In this document: positions 1 through 12,648 of the stretch, piece by piece
Numbering within the stretch: the stretch's first letter is position 1
Layout of the letters: each line of letters begins with the position of its first letter
Assembly (NCBI GenBank): GCA_973895155.1
Contig: OZ316893.1
Location: forward strand, 3,080,390-3,144,389
Length of the DNA stretch: 64,000 nucleotides
Reading direction: 5' to 3'
From: Marsupella aquatica
Taxonomy: Eukaryota > Plantae > Marchantiophyta
The notes under the pieces: model-generated
What the model saw: only the letters and a program-made list of their open reading frames with translations
Databases searched by the model: none
Told to the model about the DNA's origin: nothing
Made by a program: the position numbers and the translations under genes

Positions 1-1158
1 TTCGGTGGAGAGAATTAAGAATACTTCCTCGCAAACTGCTGGGATCCGAGCAAATCTTGCAGCCATGGGTGACTTGTCACAGTACCGGTCGACAAGGATC
101 TACTGCTCTTGGAATCTTGTTGCTGGGATAAGATTTGAATCGTGGAAAAAGATGATTGTCACCAGGGCCTCGCAACTGGCCAGGCATCGGCGCCCTCTTG
201 TAGACTGAACATTTCATCCGTCACTGACTCCCACAAGCCTTGCGCGCCGTTCTGCCGCTTGGATTCAAACGTTCAAACCCGAATGTTGGTGCATTGGCCC
301 TCCAGTGGCTCATTCCCACATCCCCACACACTTCACAAAAGCCTTGCAGTCATTCAAGAACTTAAGCCCATAAGATCCTATACTCTTTCAGCAGTGCCGT
401 GGCATGGGGGACGAACCACACTGTACGTGGATGGACTGTGGGTCTTCGTGGTATTCTGTGTCTCTTTATTTTCGTACGGCTGATGACTACGGTGCTATGG
501 TAACAGAAGTGATTATTTCGCGCCCATGCTTCAGCCACGATTTCAGTGTCGACGAATGCGTGAACAATTGAGCTTGAGGCTTACCCGGTTGCGTCACCTG
601 GTCAGCTTCGGTTTGGTAGGAGCATTCCACGTGAGGATGGTAGTCACTGTATTCTCTGTGTGCAAGAGATGCAGTCGGATCGACGGTGTGGGCAGCTGTG
701 AAACTCAGGATATACAGATGCTCGAACAGAAGATATCGTACGTTGAAGTGTGTCTGAGCTAGCTAGATAGATATGTTAGACCACAAGGCGATCATACTAT
801 GGGTTGGATATAGCTAGATGTGTGGCTGCTACACTTTAGGCAGAAACACTTGCGCATGAGATATCTAAACCTAGAACCGGACTTCAAGCGGGAATTCAAG
901 TTTTCATGTTGGGCAGGACCCGAAAATGTTATAGATTGGAGAAGATTGTCGACGTAGACATGAGGACCCGGTGAGCGACTGATAATCAGTGTAGGGTGCT
1001 CAGCCAATTTTTTGTATCTTTTTACCGAATAACAAAACGGGATATAATTTTTTTCTCGGAGAACAATGTTGACGTCGTCTGTTGCTACTATCCACAATGC
1101 AGGACTCTGAGTTCCACGTTCTACACTACGATTCCATGCTATCCATTACACCAGGCCC

Positions 1159-1246
1159 GTGACCAAAGGGGGTTTGGTCACAAAAGCTCGTGACCAAAGG
1201 GGTTTGGTCACAAAATGACCAAAGGGGGTTTGTCACAAAAGCCTAG
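1159..1246 (+). repeat. Three tandem GTGACCAAA-G4/5-TTTGGTCAC hairpins followed by CTAG|T; possible Helitron 3' end
   Basis: Palindromic units at 1159-1181, 1190-1211 and 1216-1236 (imperfect); CTAG at 1243-1246 followed by T. Confidence 0.45.
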
Positions 1247-2929
1247 TTACTTTCTATATATGTTATGATCACATGTTCATAGTCACCAACTAGTGAGTAT
1301 TATACACTTCCCTTTTATATCCATCCCCTTCATTTACCTTAAGTGTTTCCAAAAATAAAATATAAATTCTCAGTATGATTGTTTCGAAAGAAAAACATAA
1401 GTAGGTAACCTTTTTCCCAATGAAGAAACAAAAAGGATTCAATAACAATAAATATTCTCTAGAAAGAAACAAAACATTAAATGCTCTCTCATCTCCTTTT
1501 GTCTCATGCTGCTATAGTATATGTACACATGTACAATACTATGGGGAAAATACTTTATTCTTCTCAATGATAAAGTCATCATGCCAAGAAATGAGGTCTA
1601 GTTACAAAAGACAAAGTATAGCAAACCAATGTATTGGAACCAAAGTATTGGGAACAAAGTATTGGAACCAAACCAAATATTTTGGGGCCATTTTTGGGCC
1701 CCCATCACATCTCAGCCAATAATAAGATGTAAGTCAGAGTAATTCAAAACTATCTACAGTTTGACGGTGTTGAAGAAATTGCTTTCTCAAAAAGTTGTAA
1801 TGGTATCCTCGGAAACTTCGATTATGTAATGCTGTCAAAGCTAGTAGTTTCTTCTAAAACCATTCCAGACATATCCGTAGCACTGAGTGAGACTTCTTGC
1901 ACGTTAGTCTAACTGAGACAAGGATTCAGATCTGGGAGGCTAGGATACTGAGATTTGGCAACGGTCTTCTAGTTCTGCCCATGGAACAGCAGGGATTGTG
2001 CATGGATTGTGCAGTCTTCAGATCTAGACGGTTGTGTAGATCTAGACGGCCACCCCTTCCTTCCCCTTTGCCGGCCAGATACTGGCTCCCTCAAGTGTCA
2101 TAAAAGGAGTGAGTCAGCCCGGGTTAGGGTAGAACCTGGGGTGGAACCAGCTGGGGTTTTCTGTGGCCAATAGCGCCTTGCCACATGGCAGGCAACCCAG
2201 GCAGAATGACCTTGGGTTCAGTATAGGTGGTAGAGTAACCGGGAGAGAAACCCATATTTGAAAAGGGACTCTACTTAGTAATTAAAATAGTTTGGGGGAT
2301 ACGTTGATAATTATGGTCAGTTTGCATGGGGAATAAGTTAATAAAAAGATGTTACTTATGTGCAGGCAGGGTTTCAGGGATGAGATTTGAGCACCTTTGG
2401 ATTGCTTCTCTCCCGGCCAATGATTCGGCATCTGGTTTTTCTGAGTTGTTTCAGTTTGTGCCCATGTTGCGGGGGGTCATATTCCTCTTGTGGTCGCTTA
2501 ATTGGCTCTTGGGGGCCTGTCGTCTTCTGGCTATGGCCAAAGAGATTGGTGGTGTCAATTCAAGCCCTTGGCCATGGTTGCGGACCATACTCACATTGTT
2601 GCCCCGGTCTCCCTTGTTGGGGAGGCCTATACCCACTTTGGTGACCAACCTAATTAACCTCATTGGTCATTCAGTTCAGCCTAGGAAGTGTGGGTTTGGT
2701 CTTGTCTTTCCCTTCTCGACTCTTTCAGCCCCCCTTGATCTTGGTATACCCATTTGGCCCAAGGGGACCAGAGTCCTTGGGGTGCTGATTGGGGGGGCTA
2801 TCTTTTGAGTGGATTTTCTTGAGGTTGTTGTGTCCCAGGAAATTTTGCATGTTGATCAGCTAGCTGGCGGCCTTGAATTGGGGGATATCCAGATCTCCTT
2901 CAATCTTGATTCTGGTCTTGTGTTTTATT

Positions 2930-4653
2930 CTTGGGGGTTTCACTTCCACAAAAATGTCATATCACGTGCAATGAAGAATAGGGTCATTTTAGTGGTTCTA
3001 AGGGAAAACTTAAGAATTTTTGTAGAAGAACAATAGGGTCTTTTACATTCAATTTTGAGACTTATAAGAACATTAAAGTCTTTTAAATCTAATTAATCCG
3101 TGGACCCCCATGTTCATCCAAGGAATGTTTGTGTGATTAAATGAAATCAATTTTCATCAAGGCGGTAACCAACGGTTTTGAGTCTCCCGATGGTGTTGGT
3201 GTATGCTCGTACAAAAACAAATGCTCAAAAGATAGAGATCTATCAAATGGAAGGTTGAATGTGGAGGAATTGAGTTTTCTTATAGGTTTTGCTTACACAT
3301 TGGAAAAATCATCTTTCAACCATTCTTGATTAATTGTTTGTGAGTTACATTGAGCATTACCGCCACAAGACAGACTAGAGTTGTAACTCAGCTGTTGGCA
3401 AAAGAGCGCTTGTCAATTTGGTGGGAAGAACACACAAAACGAACAAGCCGTCACTTCAAACAGTTTCTTTGACAATTGTTTCTTTGACATAGAGGCTGCA
3501 TTTGGCGTCAACTTGTGTTTAGAGTGAGCTTTAGTTGAAGACTATCTAAGAAATGCGAACAATTCAAGCCGAGAAGCAAGCATTGTGGACAAGCGATGGT
3601 GACGTAATCAAAGAAATCAATTTGTAGTGGCTAAGTTTGTGACGGTGACGAGATTGTGATATCTTTTAATCGAGAAAGGGTTTCCAATGAGCCTCAAATT
3701 GACAAATTTTGTCAAGTTTCATATGAGTTTTTGAATATCTTTGCCTTTTCAATGAGTGTTACAATAGTATAATTCTTTTTGATTATGAGTTCATGAATTC
3801 TTTTAGCTTTCTAACATTGAGTCTGACATTTACAAATTTTATGTCAGATTTTGTCACGGTACTCAAGAGATCAGGAGGTGTTCAATCTTTTTAACTTTCT
3901 AATGTGTGACATTGAGATTATTTGTCAAGAAATAGAGAGATCATGAGTATCTAAATTTCTCTAGCTTTCCAATGAACCTAACATTGATAGATTTTGTCAA
4001 GTACTAAGGAGATGATGAGTTTTTAATTTTACTCTAGCTTTCCAATGAGTGCCATTGAGAAATTTTATCAAGACATTACTAAAGAGATCACGAGTTTCTA
4101 AATCTTGATCTTGAATTTTCCAATGAATCAAACATTGGCAAATTTTATCAAGTACTAAGGAGATTTATTATTTAGTTTTACAATGTGAAGCCAAATGGGT
4201 TTTAATTATGTACATTTCTATAATTGATTTTTTCAAACTTACAAACAATTAAAAAATACAAGCATTTTGATATAAAACACTGATATATCTTTGACAAACA
4301 TCAAAATGGTAACTTTGTTTTACTAAATGACATCTCTTCCTTTGTATTTTGGTTTTTTTTACGTTTAATATTTACGGCATGGCGCCCCAATGCCATAAAT
4401 ATTAAACGTTGTTTTTGCCACAAACAGGAATGTGCACGTTTGTTATTGTTAAAAGTAGGATCATTCCTATTTGTGGCTAGTTGTGATGATGTGGCGCAAC
4501 CTCATGGCAGAGAATTTGCAAGAGACCCCTAATGGGGGTCCGTAATAATTTTATAGGGGTTAAAAATAAATATTTTTTCTTACATTTTAGGGGGTCCGAG
4601 GCCTAAAAATATCACAAGTGATGGGGAGGCCCCCATATAGTGAGACCCCCGAG
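2930..4653. mobile_element. Non-autonomous DNA transposon, 15-bp TIRs, 8-bp TSD
   Basis: Left end CTTGGGGGTTTCACT; right end AGTGAGACCCCCGAG; GTTTTATT at both 2922-2929 and 4654-4661; no coding capacity. Confidence 0.85.
3680..4165 (+). repeat. Degenerate ~60-bp tandem array inside the 2930-4653 element
   Basis: Recurring ctagctttccaatga...attga..aattttgtcaag..agagatcatgag unit. Confidence 0.7.
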
Positions 4654-6161
4654 GTTTTATTTGCCATCCTTCCTATCTTCTCTGAAGAGTCCCTCCTACT
4701 ACAATGTTTATGTCCTTGCTCTCTTAATTCATTTGACACCACTATGATCTGAGTCAAGTCTTTGGTCCTCATTGGTCTGAGAGCCTAGCCCTTGATAACG
4801 AGGATGGTTCTTTTGTGGCTAGGCCGGCTGCATGCGTTGCCTCCATGGGGAGGTGGTATGGGCATTTTTGGTGGTGGACACTGCTCCTTGCGCATTCCTT
4901 GGTAGTTGGGTGCAAGTTGCTCTTGCCTTGGCCTCACATTTCATTATGGACCTTTGGTCTATATATCCTCTTTGACTTGGTCATGGGAGTGGAGAATGGA
5001 GCTCTGCCATGTCAGGTTCGACTTTGTCATGCACAGTCCTTATTGTTGGGGGAAGTGCACAATGTGGTCCCTGCATTTGAAGGGGTTGTATTGAATGGAC
5101 AGCCCGGATCAAGTCCCAACAGGTGATTTATGATTGCATGCACTCTAACATACCCTTTCTATCGACATGCTTCCTGAGTGAGTTTTTTAGGCACTCTTGG
5201 ACTCAGTTTGAGCACATCTCTTATCCGGTTTGGGCGCTGGTTTGGGGGCCAGCCCGCTATGCATGGGTTCCCTTTTGTATGAGAATTTGTATCTTCACCA
5301 CATCCACGCACCTTTGGCTGGGTTTACCTCACCCTTGCCTTTTGGGTCAGCCCACATGCGTCTGTGGTGCGCCGGAGATGGACAGGGCGTTCATATTCTC
5401 AGGTTGGTCATAGTAGTGAGAGGACGTGGACTCAACCCATGCATGATGACATCCAAGAAGTGGTGGCGGCCATTGCTGGTGACTTTGGGTACCATGTCAT
5501 GATGGAGCAGATATATGTCGAAATATATGTGCAACCTCCATGAGTTGAGGTTCGGGGATGGGGTTTCTGATTGTCATCGGGCAGATTTGGTCTTCTCTTG
5601 TGAGGGAGTTTGAATGTGCCCTTGGGGATGTTGTTGTTGTTGATCCTACCAGTGGGGCGCTACAAGGGTAGCTTGATTTAAGGAGGAAGCCTAAGTTGTG
5701 CGATACCCTGGGGACATCTTCTATCCATAATTTGATGTGGAGATCTTTGGGCGCTACACCCATCCCTTGACCATTTCCTACGTTCTTGCACAGTTCAGTA
5801 CGTCGAGTTATCCCTCGGTGTCTATCATCACGGCATTTTGTAGACAGACGTTGTATGTTGCAGGGTATGTTGCATTGCCCTTCAACAACCACAATCACGC
5901 ATTCACTATTCTTCGTAAGGGTGAGGCTGTTGGTCTTAGGTTCACTAACCGTAGGATTCCTTTGCTTGACCATCCTATGTAGTTCACACTAGAGCTCTAC
6001 CAGGCTCTTCAGTTTGCTGACCAGTACGGTAGGCATTGGGCCCCTGGTTCTAATTTTGGTTGTGCAATAGTTTTTTGTTTCTTTGCTTCCTAGCGTTTCT
6101 TGGCCCTTTGGTTGTCCTCCCTTGCTTGGGTCTTTTGCCTGTGAGGGATCATGTCTCTCGG

Positions 6162-8283
6162 TGTGACACGGCCCCAAACCCGGTAGTAACTTAGTGATGA
6201 CTTATAATTGCGTATATAAGTAGAAAGACAAGTAGGTGTAGTAAAAGTGTTTGGATTTTCAAATTTTTTATTTTTGTTAGTTCTAATAAATGGATGCGAC
6301 AACCGGAGGCCGGAGTTGAGAGGGGTGTCGGGCGGTGATGTATGACAAGGGAACCATTGAGGGGGTACAAGGAGGCCACAAGGCAGCCCAAGGACTTGGA
6401 GCCAAGGTGTGGGCATCTTGGAGGGGTGGAGGCTGGTCGGAGGCTCCACATAAGGCGCAAAACGGGAAGAATGACCAAAATATAGAAAACGTTGAAATTT
6501 AAAACAGACGTTTCTGCGCTAGTACTATTCCAAACATGGTCATGTTTGGATTCATTTTGAAGCCCTCAATGAGCCCCATGCGAAACTGAGGTTCTCTAGT
6601 TGATTTTAGGTCTATATCAAACAGTGACATCTCGAGGGACCTCAACGCCCGTAAAACAACAAACTAGACAATCTTGGAGTAGTGATGGTCGGAGGGCCCT
6701 TAGAAGGAAAGGGTTCCCACACTTGTGTTCCCCTTCACCCTTTGTGTGGTCCTCACATGTTTTTTTGCTCTCTTTCCCTTCCCCACCGTAGAAGGGCCAC
6801 CGTAGAAGGGGCCCTCACACTTTCTTCCTTCCCTTTTTCTCTATTCTCACTTGTGGGGTTTCCATCCATACTTAAACCCTAAACCCTTTCCCTCTTGTGC
6901 TTGTTTTCAACGTGTGTATGGACCCTGGTTGTACAAACATCAGATTTTTGACCATCTCAAAATCAGGAGTCTATGGGCTTGTTGGAAAGAGCTCGCCGAG
7001 CTGAATCTAACGATGTGTCACACGGCCGAAATGCAGCTAAGACGGGGGAGATGCGACAAATCGCGTTTTTTGAAAATACAAGGGTTTTGAGGCCGTATGG
7101 ACGTCCGTACGGAAGGAGGTCCTGGCTTTGCAAGGGAAGGAGGAGGTAGTAGCACATACGGGGAAACCATGATCCGTGTTTTGCAAAGTCGGGGGAAACG
7201 TGTTGTACGGACGAAACGAAGGAAGATGGTGCCCCGTAAAAACTTAAACAATCATATCTTGGCCGTTTGACCTCCGTTTTGTGCACCGTTTATGGAGCCG
7301 TGATCAGGAAGAGGATGGCTCCTCAGATATGTTTTCAGAAGTGAATTCTGAGAAAATTTTAGTTTCGACAATTATAGGGGCCCCCTCCTTTTACAACGAA
7401 CCGGTGGTGGCGAACAGGAGGATCTGGGCTCAAGCCAAGGCACCGTGAGTGAGGAGGAGGAGGACTGATGAGGAGACCAACTCACGGGGCTCAAGTCAGG
7501 GCACCGTGAGTGAGGAGGAGGACTGATGAGGAGACCAACTCACGGGGCTCAAGCCATGGCACCATGAGTGAGTGAGTAGGAGGACTAGGGTGACCGTACG
7601 GACTTGGTCGTACGACCTCTTGACTTTGAATTTTTTTTGGAAGTGGGCACTCACGGGCTTGTTGGAAAGAGCTCGCGAAGCTGATTCCAACAAGAGGCAA
7701 CGCTCCTCAAATGGAGTCAGGATGAGGAAGATAGGGTCCGACAAAGTTGGTAAGTGATACTGAAACGACCATAACTTGGTCGTTTGACGTCCGTTTTGGG
7801 AGCGGTTTGGTGATTCGTGATCAGGAGGAGCAGAGCTCTCCAGGGCTCTCCTCAGGGGAGTAGTTGGACACATTTGAGGTTTCGACCATGAGTGGTCCCC
7901 TCACTTCCCCGAGACTACGGATGATTACGGTTGGTACCGGCAAAGGCACCGTTGGTACCATAGTGGGCTAGGGTTTTTCACAGCGTGTGTGTGCCGCACG
8001 CTTTAGGTTAGTTTATCTCTTAGATATTTTTGGCGGCGCCGCTAGGGTTGCCGCCGTTGTTGCCACTCCGTGAGGGGTGCTTTGGTGTGTTGTTTTGAGT
8101 ATTTAGGGGGAGAGCCCCGGAGTAGTGGGGGGGAACTCAATCTAGTGTTTGCTTAGGGAAGTTAGCTCATAGCCAAAAGAGGGAATCAAGCCAGAGTAGT
8201 GAGGTAGAGGTGTAGCACTTGCCCCAGTGAGGCAGTAGTTGGGCAGACGACAGGAGGCCGGGTTGTCCTTGCAATGTGTTACA
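6162..8283. mobile_element. Probable solo LTR (~2.1 kb)
   Basis: Starts TGTGACAC and ends GTGTTACA (imperfect inverted termini); non-coding; internal ~57-bp tandem repeat at 7425-7575; flanks CTCGG/ACATT do not form a TSD. Confidence 0.45.
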
Positions 8284-9232
8284 ACATTTTGCCAAAAGAT
8301 ATGGATTTGGTTTGATTCTTCAAGTTTTGGTGTGGCATTTTTTTTCCTGGTTCAAGATTGTGTTCTTTCCCCAAGAAGTGTCTAAGGAATCCTTGCACAG
8401 TTTGGTCAACCCTGTGAGTAGGAGGGGTGGTGACAGCACTCCACCAATGACCAGTAGGAGTGTGTGTGTGGCGTAGTCCATGGGACTTGATCAAAAGCAG
8501 AGCGGCTAGTCGGTAGACTTGATCAAAAATTACATTTCAGGAAGCGGAAATAAACATACTCATCCTACATGCAATAGAATCCTAATACACTACAACACTA
8601 CCGACCCCTTTTGCGAACCCCGTCCCATCGCAACTAACAAAGGACCAAATTATGAAATTCCGGCGTTTGCGAAACGCTACGCATCGCAACCCTTTCACAT
8701 TCTTTGAAACCCACAGCTTCGCAATCGGACTTTCGCAACCCCTTCGCAACACCTTCGCACACTGCAAAACTTATTTTATCGCACATAAATCACATTTATG
8801 CGATCTCGACAGACTCTTTATCGGTTTGCGACGCGCTCTGAACTATAACTTATTTGCGAAGCTGTTGTCTTGACAATTCCGTTGCCATTCATATGGTATC
8901 GCATAACTGCGTCAGTCAGGGTGTCGCTCAATTGCGGAACCAAAAGTATCGCAATGTTCCAATACTCAATGTATGGCAAGTTTGCGATAGTATGGCGTTC
9001 GCATGTGTTTCGCAAGGATAGTTTGAGGGCTGGGTTTTGTATATTTGGGTTCATAATTGGGTTGGGGTCTTATTGCTCCACATGAAGATACCAAAGCAAA
9101 ACTTTATATATGCCAAAAATCCCTGAATGTACAAAAATTAGGGTTTTCTAAAACCCTATGGGGTATCAAATACCAAGACACTGTCCTTTGACTAATCCAT
9201 ATGCCATATGGAGTGAACTACATCTGCATCCT

Positions 9233-11285
9233 CTAGAATGGAGCCCGCCTACTCCTCTTTGCTGGCCTCTTCCCCTTGTCCTTCTTGCTTTGGGCGGGAC
9301 GAGCTGGATGGGAGGGGGGTGGTGGTGGCGGTGGCGGTGGTGGTGGTGCCTGCTGCTCCTCCCCATCTGGCTCATCCTCATCATCCTCATCATCATCCTC
9401 CTGGTCTCCTGGTGTGCTAGGTGTGGTAGCACTCCCTGCCCCTCTGGACCCACTCGTGGTGGCCCCGGTAGTGTCCCCATCATCAGCGCCGCTATCCTCC
9501 TCACTGCTATCCTCACTCCCCTCCTGCTCCTCCTTATCCTGCTTCCATGTCACAAGGTTAATTCGGGTTTAGGGGTAATAGGAAAAATGTATAAACCTTA
9601 TAAATGGAATGGGTGCGGGTTTAGAAAGGGTACTACAAATCACTTACACTAGCCAACTCTGCATCAACCAACTCAAAGAGATGTCTGGCCCCATGCTCTG
9701 CCCCTATCTCCATCTCCTTTGTTGTTATCTTGCGGCGGTACCTCTTATACTACCACAAAAAAATGAAACACCAAAACATGAGGGGCCCGGGTTAGTAACT
9801 AAGGGTACTTAAGCAAAAAAGGAATCCTAAAAAGGGTAAAAAGGGTACCCTAACCAGAAAAAAACCCCATTACCCTAACAAACATTTGTCACTCGACACT
9901 AAACGTTTTTCAAAATGAAACAAGCTTTACGAAACTCCCACCTTCGCAAATTCAAATATATTTAAGTTTGCGAAATAGACTGCGAATCGGATTGCTTCGC
10001 AATGGCTTTGCAAACCTTACGGGAAAAAGGTTATAATAGAGTTTGCGAAACAATTGCGAGGCAACCCGCTTCGCAATTGTTTCGCAAACTGTGCTTTTAA
10101 AAAAATCCGAGAAATGGCTAAGGCACGCAATGTGTCAGGGTGACCTAAAACGAAAGGGGAGGCCATAAGGGGTAAAGCAGAGGTCTGCGAGGGGCATTGT
10201 AGGCAAGCAAACAACAATTGAAGGCGAAGGAAAAGAAGCAGGGGAGGAGGGGAGAGGACTCACGAAGGTTGCTTTCAGGCCGGGAAGTCCACCTTGCCCC
10301 ATCTTGTGTGTGGTCTTGGGGCGTTTGCTGACTCGGTCTGCTGCAAGGATGAACTTCTGGGGTGGTGTCCCACTTCATCTACGATGTGCTGCAGCTGAGA
10401 GACCTTCTCAGCCAATGCCTTGAGGTCTTGGTCTGACTTCCCGGCCTGAAGTGCCTTGGCCTCCTTCTCCTTCCAGAATTGGAGGTCCTTGGCTGCTTTC
10501 AGCTGCATCTCGACCTTATAGAACGCGTTCCACACATCCTTTGTGAATTGCACTGGCCTCCTCACATTCTTGTACTCCTGCAAGCTTGCCAGGTAGGCCC
10601 TCACCTTCCTCCTATCATGGTATCGTGCTTGAGACATTGAATTCAAAATTCTATCTGCAAGCCACTGGTCACCAATCTCTGCTCCATTTCTGAATGAATC
10701 TTTGACCTGAGTCATTACTTTCCTCTGCTCTGCTCTGCTTAGTTTCCCCCACTCAACACCTCGTGCAAAGCTAGTCCTCACAGCAAGCCTGATAGTGCTC
10801 TTTGCCCCAGTGTAGGCCAACTCAGTAGGAATGCCCTCAACCAAGGCAATCAATGGCAGCTTCTAAGTCCTCTCTTCCTCCTTTTTCAGCTGCGCCTCAC
10901 GTTGTGCTCGAATCTCATCTCGTTCCTCCCTTCTCCTCTTCTTTTCGAGGGCTGCAGGAGAGAGTACTCCTGCCTTAGCCCTCTCCTCCTTCTTTCGTTT
11001 CTTCTCTCTGGCCTTCTCCTCAGCTGCAGCCTTTGCCTCTTTCTCCCTCTGAGCCTGCCCTGCTGCAACCCCGGTTTGCAAAGCTTGCCCTAGAATTGCA
11101 CTCAAAGAAGCAATCCCAGCTGGTGTACTCAAATCCAAATGGCTCAGCTGTGTGGCATTGAGATGCTCGGCCATCAAATTCATCCATTGATTACTCTCCT
11201 CATTCCTGTTCCCTCCATTGCCATTGCCACTCCCACTCCCACTTGCCCCTGCCCCATCCCCTCCACGCCCTCCACTAGAATCCAT
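9233..11285 (-). pseudogene. CACTA accessory gene (TnpA/Transposase_24-like), spliced and disrupted
   Basis: ORFs 11285-10863 and 10853-10275 are in the same frame, separated by one stop; RRP...W and HTRWGK(GG) motifs; GTGAGT donor near 10260; probable exons near 9655-9745 and 9233-9560 encoding an acidic/poly-Pro tail. Confidence 0.6.
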
Positions 11286-12648
11286 AGCTATCCAACACCA
11301 AGCGCGCGCAAGCTCTCCTCCTGCCCTCCCTCACTTCAAAAAACGAATGGGCCTCGTAACCCGGCGGGAAGGTCCAAATGCCCAAACAAAACACATTTGC
11401 GACGCAGTCCGCATCGCAATTTGCGAATCAGCCCGCTTCGCAACTAGTATCTCAACTTTCCAAAACCAATGCGAAACCACATGCTTCGCAAAGCCTTCGC
11501 AAAGCTGCAGAGACGCGAAAAAACGCTCTCGGGCTCTGTTTTTCCGAAGCTGTTGCAAAACATTTTGCTTCGCAAATAATGTGACCAAATTTTGAAGCAG
11601 GTTGCGAAGTAGGTCGGTTCTCAATATCGTGGCAATTCCTGGCGAATTTTTTTTTCACATTCTTTCCCTCCTCCTTTTGTTTAGACCATGTAAGTTATAC
11701 TATGCCCTTTTGTGTAATTAAGAAATTCCGCCGTTTCAAATCCCGGCGTTTGTTAGGGTTGGGTCTTGGATGAAGCTGGTTTTTTTAGGGGTTAAAAGCG
11801 AGATTACCAGTCAAACCTTCCGTTTTTTAAGCTATACATGGTGTGGGTGTAGGCTAATTTTGATAAGAGTTGGGTTTTGGTTTAAAATTAATAAGTGAGG
11901 AAAGGGTTTAGGATTAAAGTTGGGTTTGGGTTTAGGGTTTAAGTCTTTAATTTTGGGTTTAAGCAGGGTTTGCATTTATGGTTGTAGGCTTTTAGGGTTC
12001 AAGCAAGGGTTTAGGGTTTAAAACAAAAGAGAGGAAGGGGATTGGGAGTGAGGGTCTAGGTTTTTGTAATAGGTCAGAGGTTTGGGGGTGAGGGTTTGGA
12101 AAAGGCAAAGCAAGGTTAGATGAGATTAATGTTTTAGTTGTTTTACCATGGGTTTTATGGGTTTTAATGGGTTTTATGGATCTTTTGGGTTTTAATGGTT
12201 TTTCCATGGGTTTTATGCTAACAAAGGAGGAGGAGCTATGACAACTTGTAGGGTGCGGCACTTTTGCATGAATTGATACTAGCTAATGCGTATGCATCGT
12301 GAGAGCCCGGGCATTTGGAGGTACGGACTAAAATAGATGGGTCTAGTTAGGCTTATTCATGTAATTAAAATTTTTGGTTCCCACTATCTATAAAGAGGAC
12401 ATGTATGTAAGGTGTTCGCTTTGTGTACTTGCAGCTTTTCTCATACTTCTAGATTCGGTTCATTATTTTAGAGCCACAAGACCTATTGGCACCGCTGAGC
12501 CTGGGTCTCAGAAAGCTATTTTTTAGTGTTCCTTTTGTGTTTGGTTTCATGTCATCATTACTTGAGAAGTTACATTTGTCCAGCTTGATATTGTGATGTT
12601 ATTTGGTAATAACCCCTAACTTGCAAATTATACATCTTTGTAGGGGCA

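Larger units (their letters stand above)
2369..6161 (+). mobile_element. Decayed non-LTR retrotransposon, CRE/R2-like (RT plus restriction-like endonuclease), split by the 2930-4653 insertion
   Basis: Fragmented motifs SG..FEHL, RLLAMAK..GGV, SVQP.KC, G.RVLGV.IG, a Cys/His finger near 5350-5450, and DVVVVDP / FYP..VEIFG endonuclease-like motifs near 5625-5750; many stops and frameshifts. Confidence 0.55.

Noticed and set aside
5-1150. Short ORFs at the window start
   Set aside because: No recognisable motifs or consistent exon structure
9158-9652. Plus-strand ORFs with poly-W, poly-G and poly-S runs
   Set aside because: Antisense readings of the (GGT)n/(CAT)n tracts in the minus-strand accessory exon
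11750-12200. Interstitial telomere
   Set aside because: TTAGGG-like words are scattered and degenerate, not a tandem array
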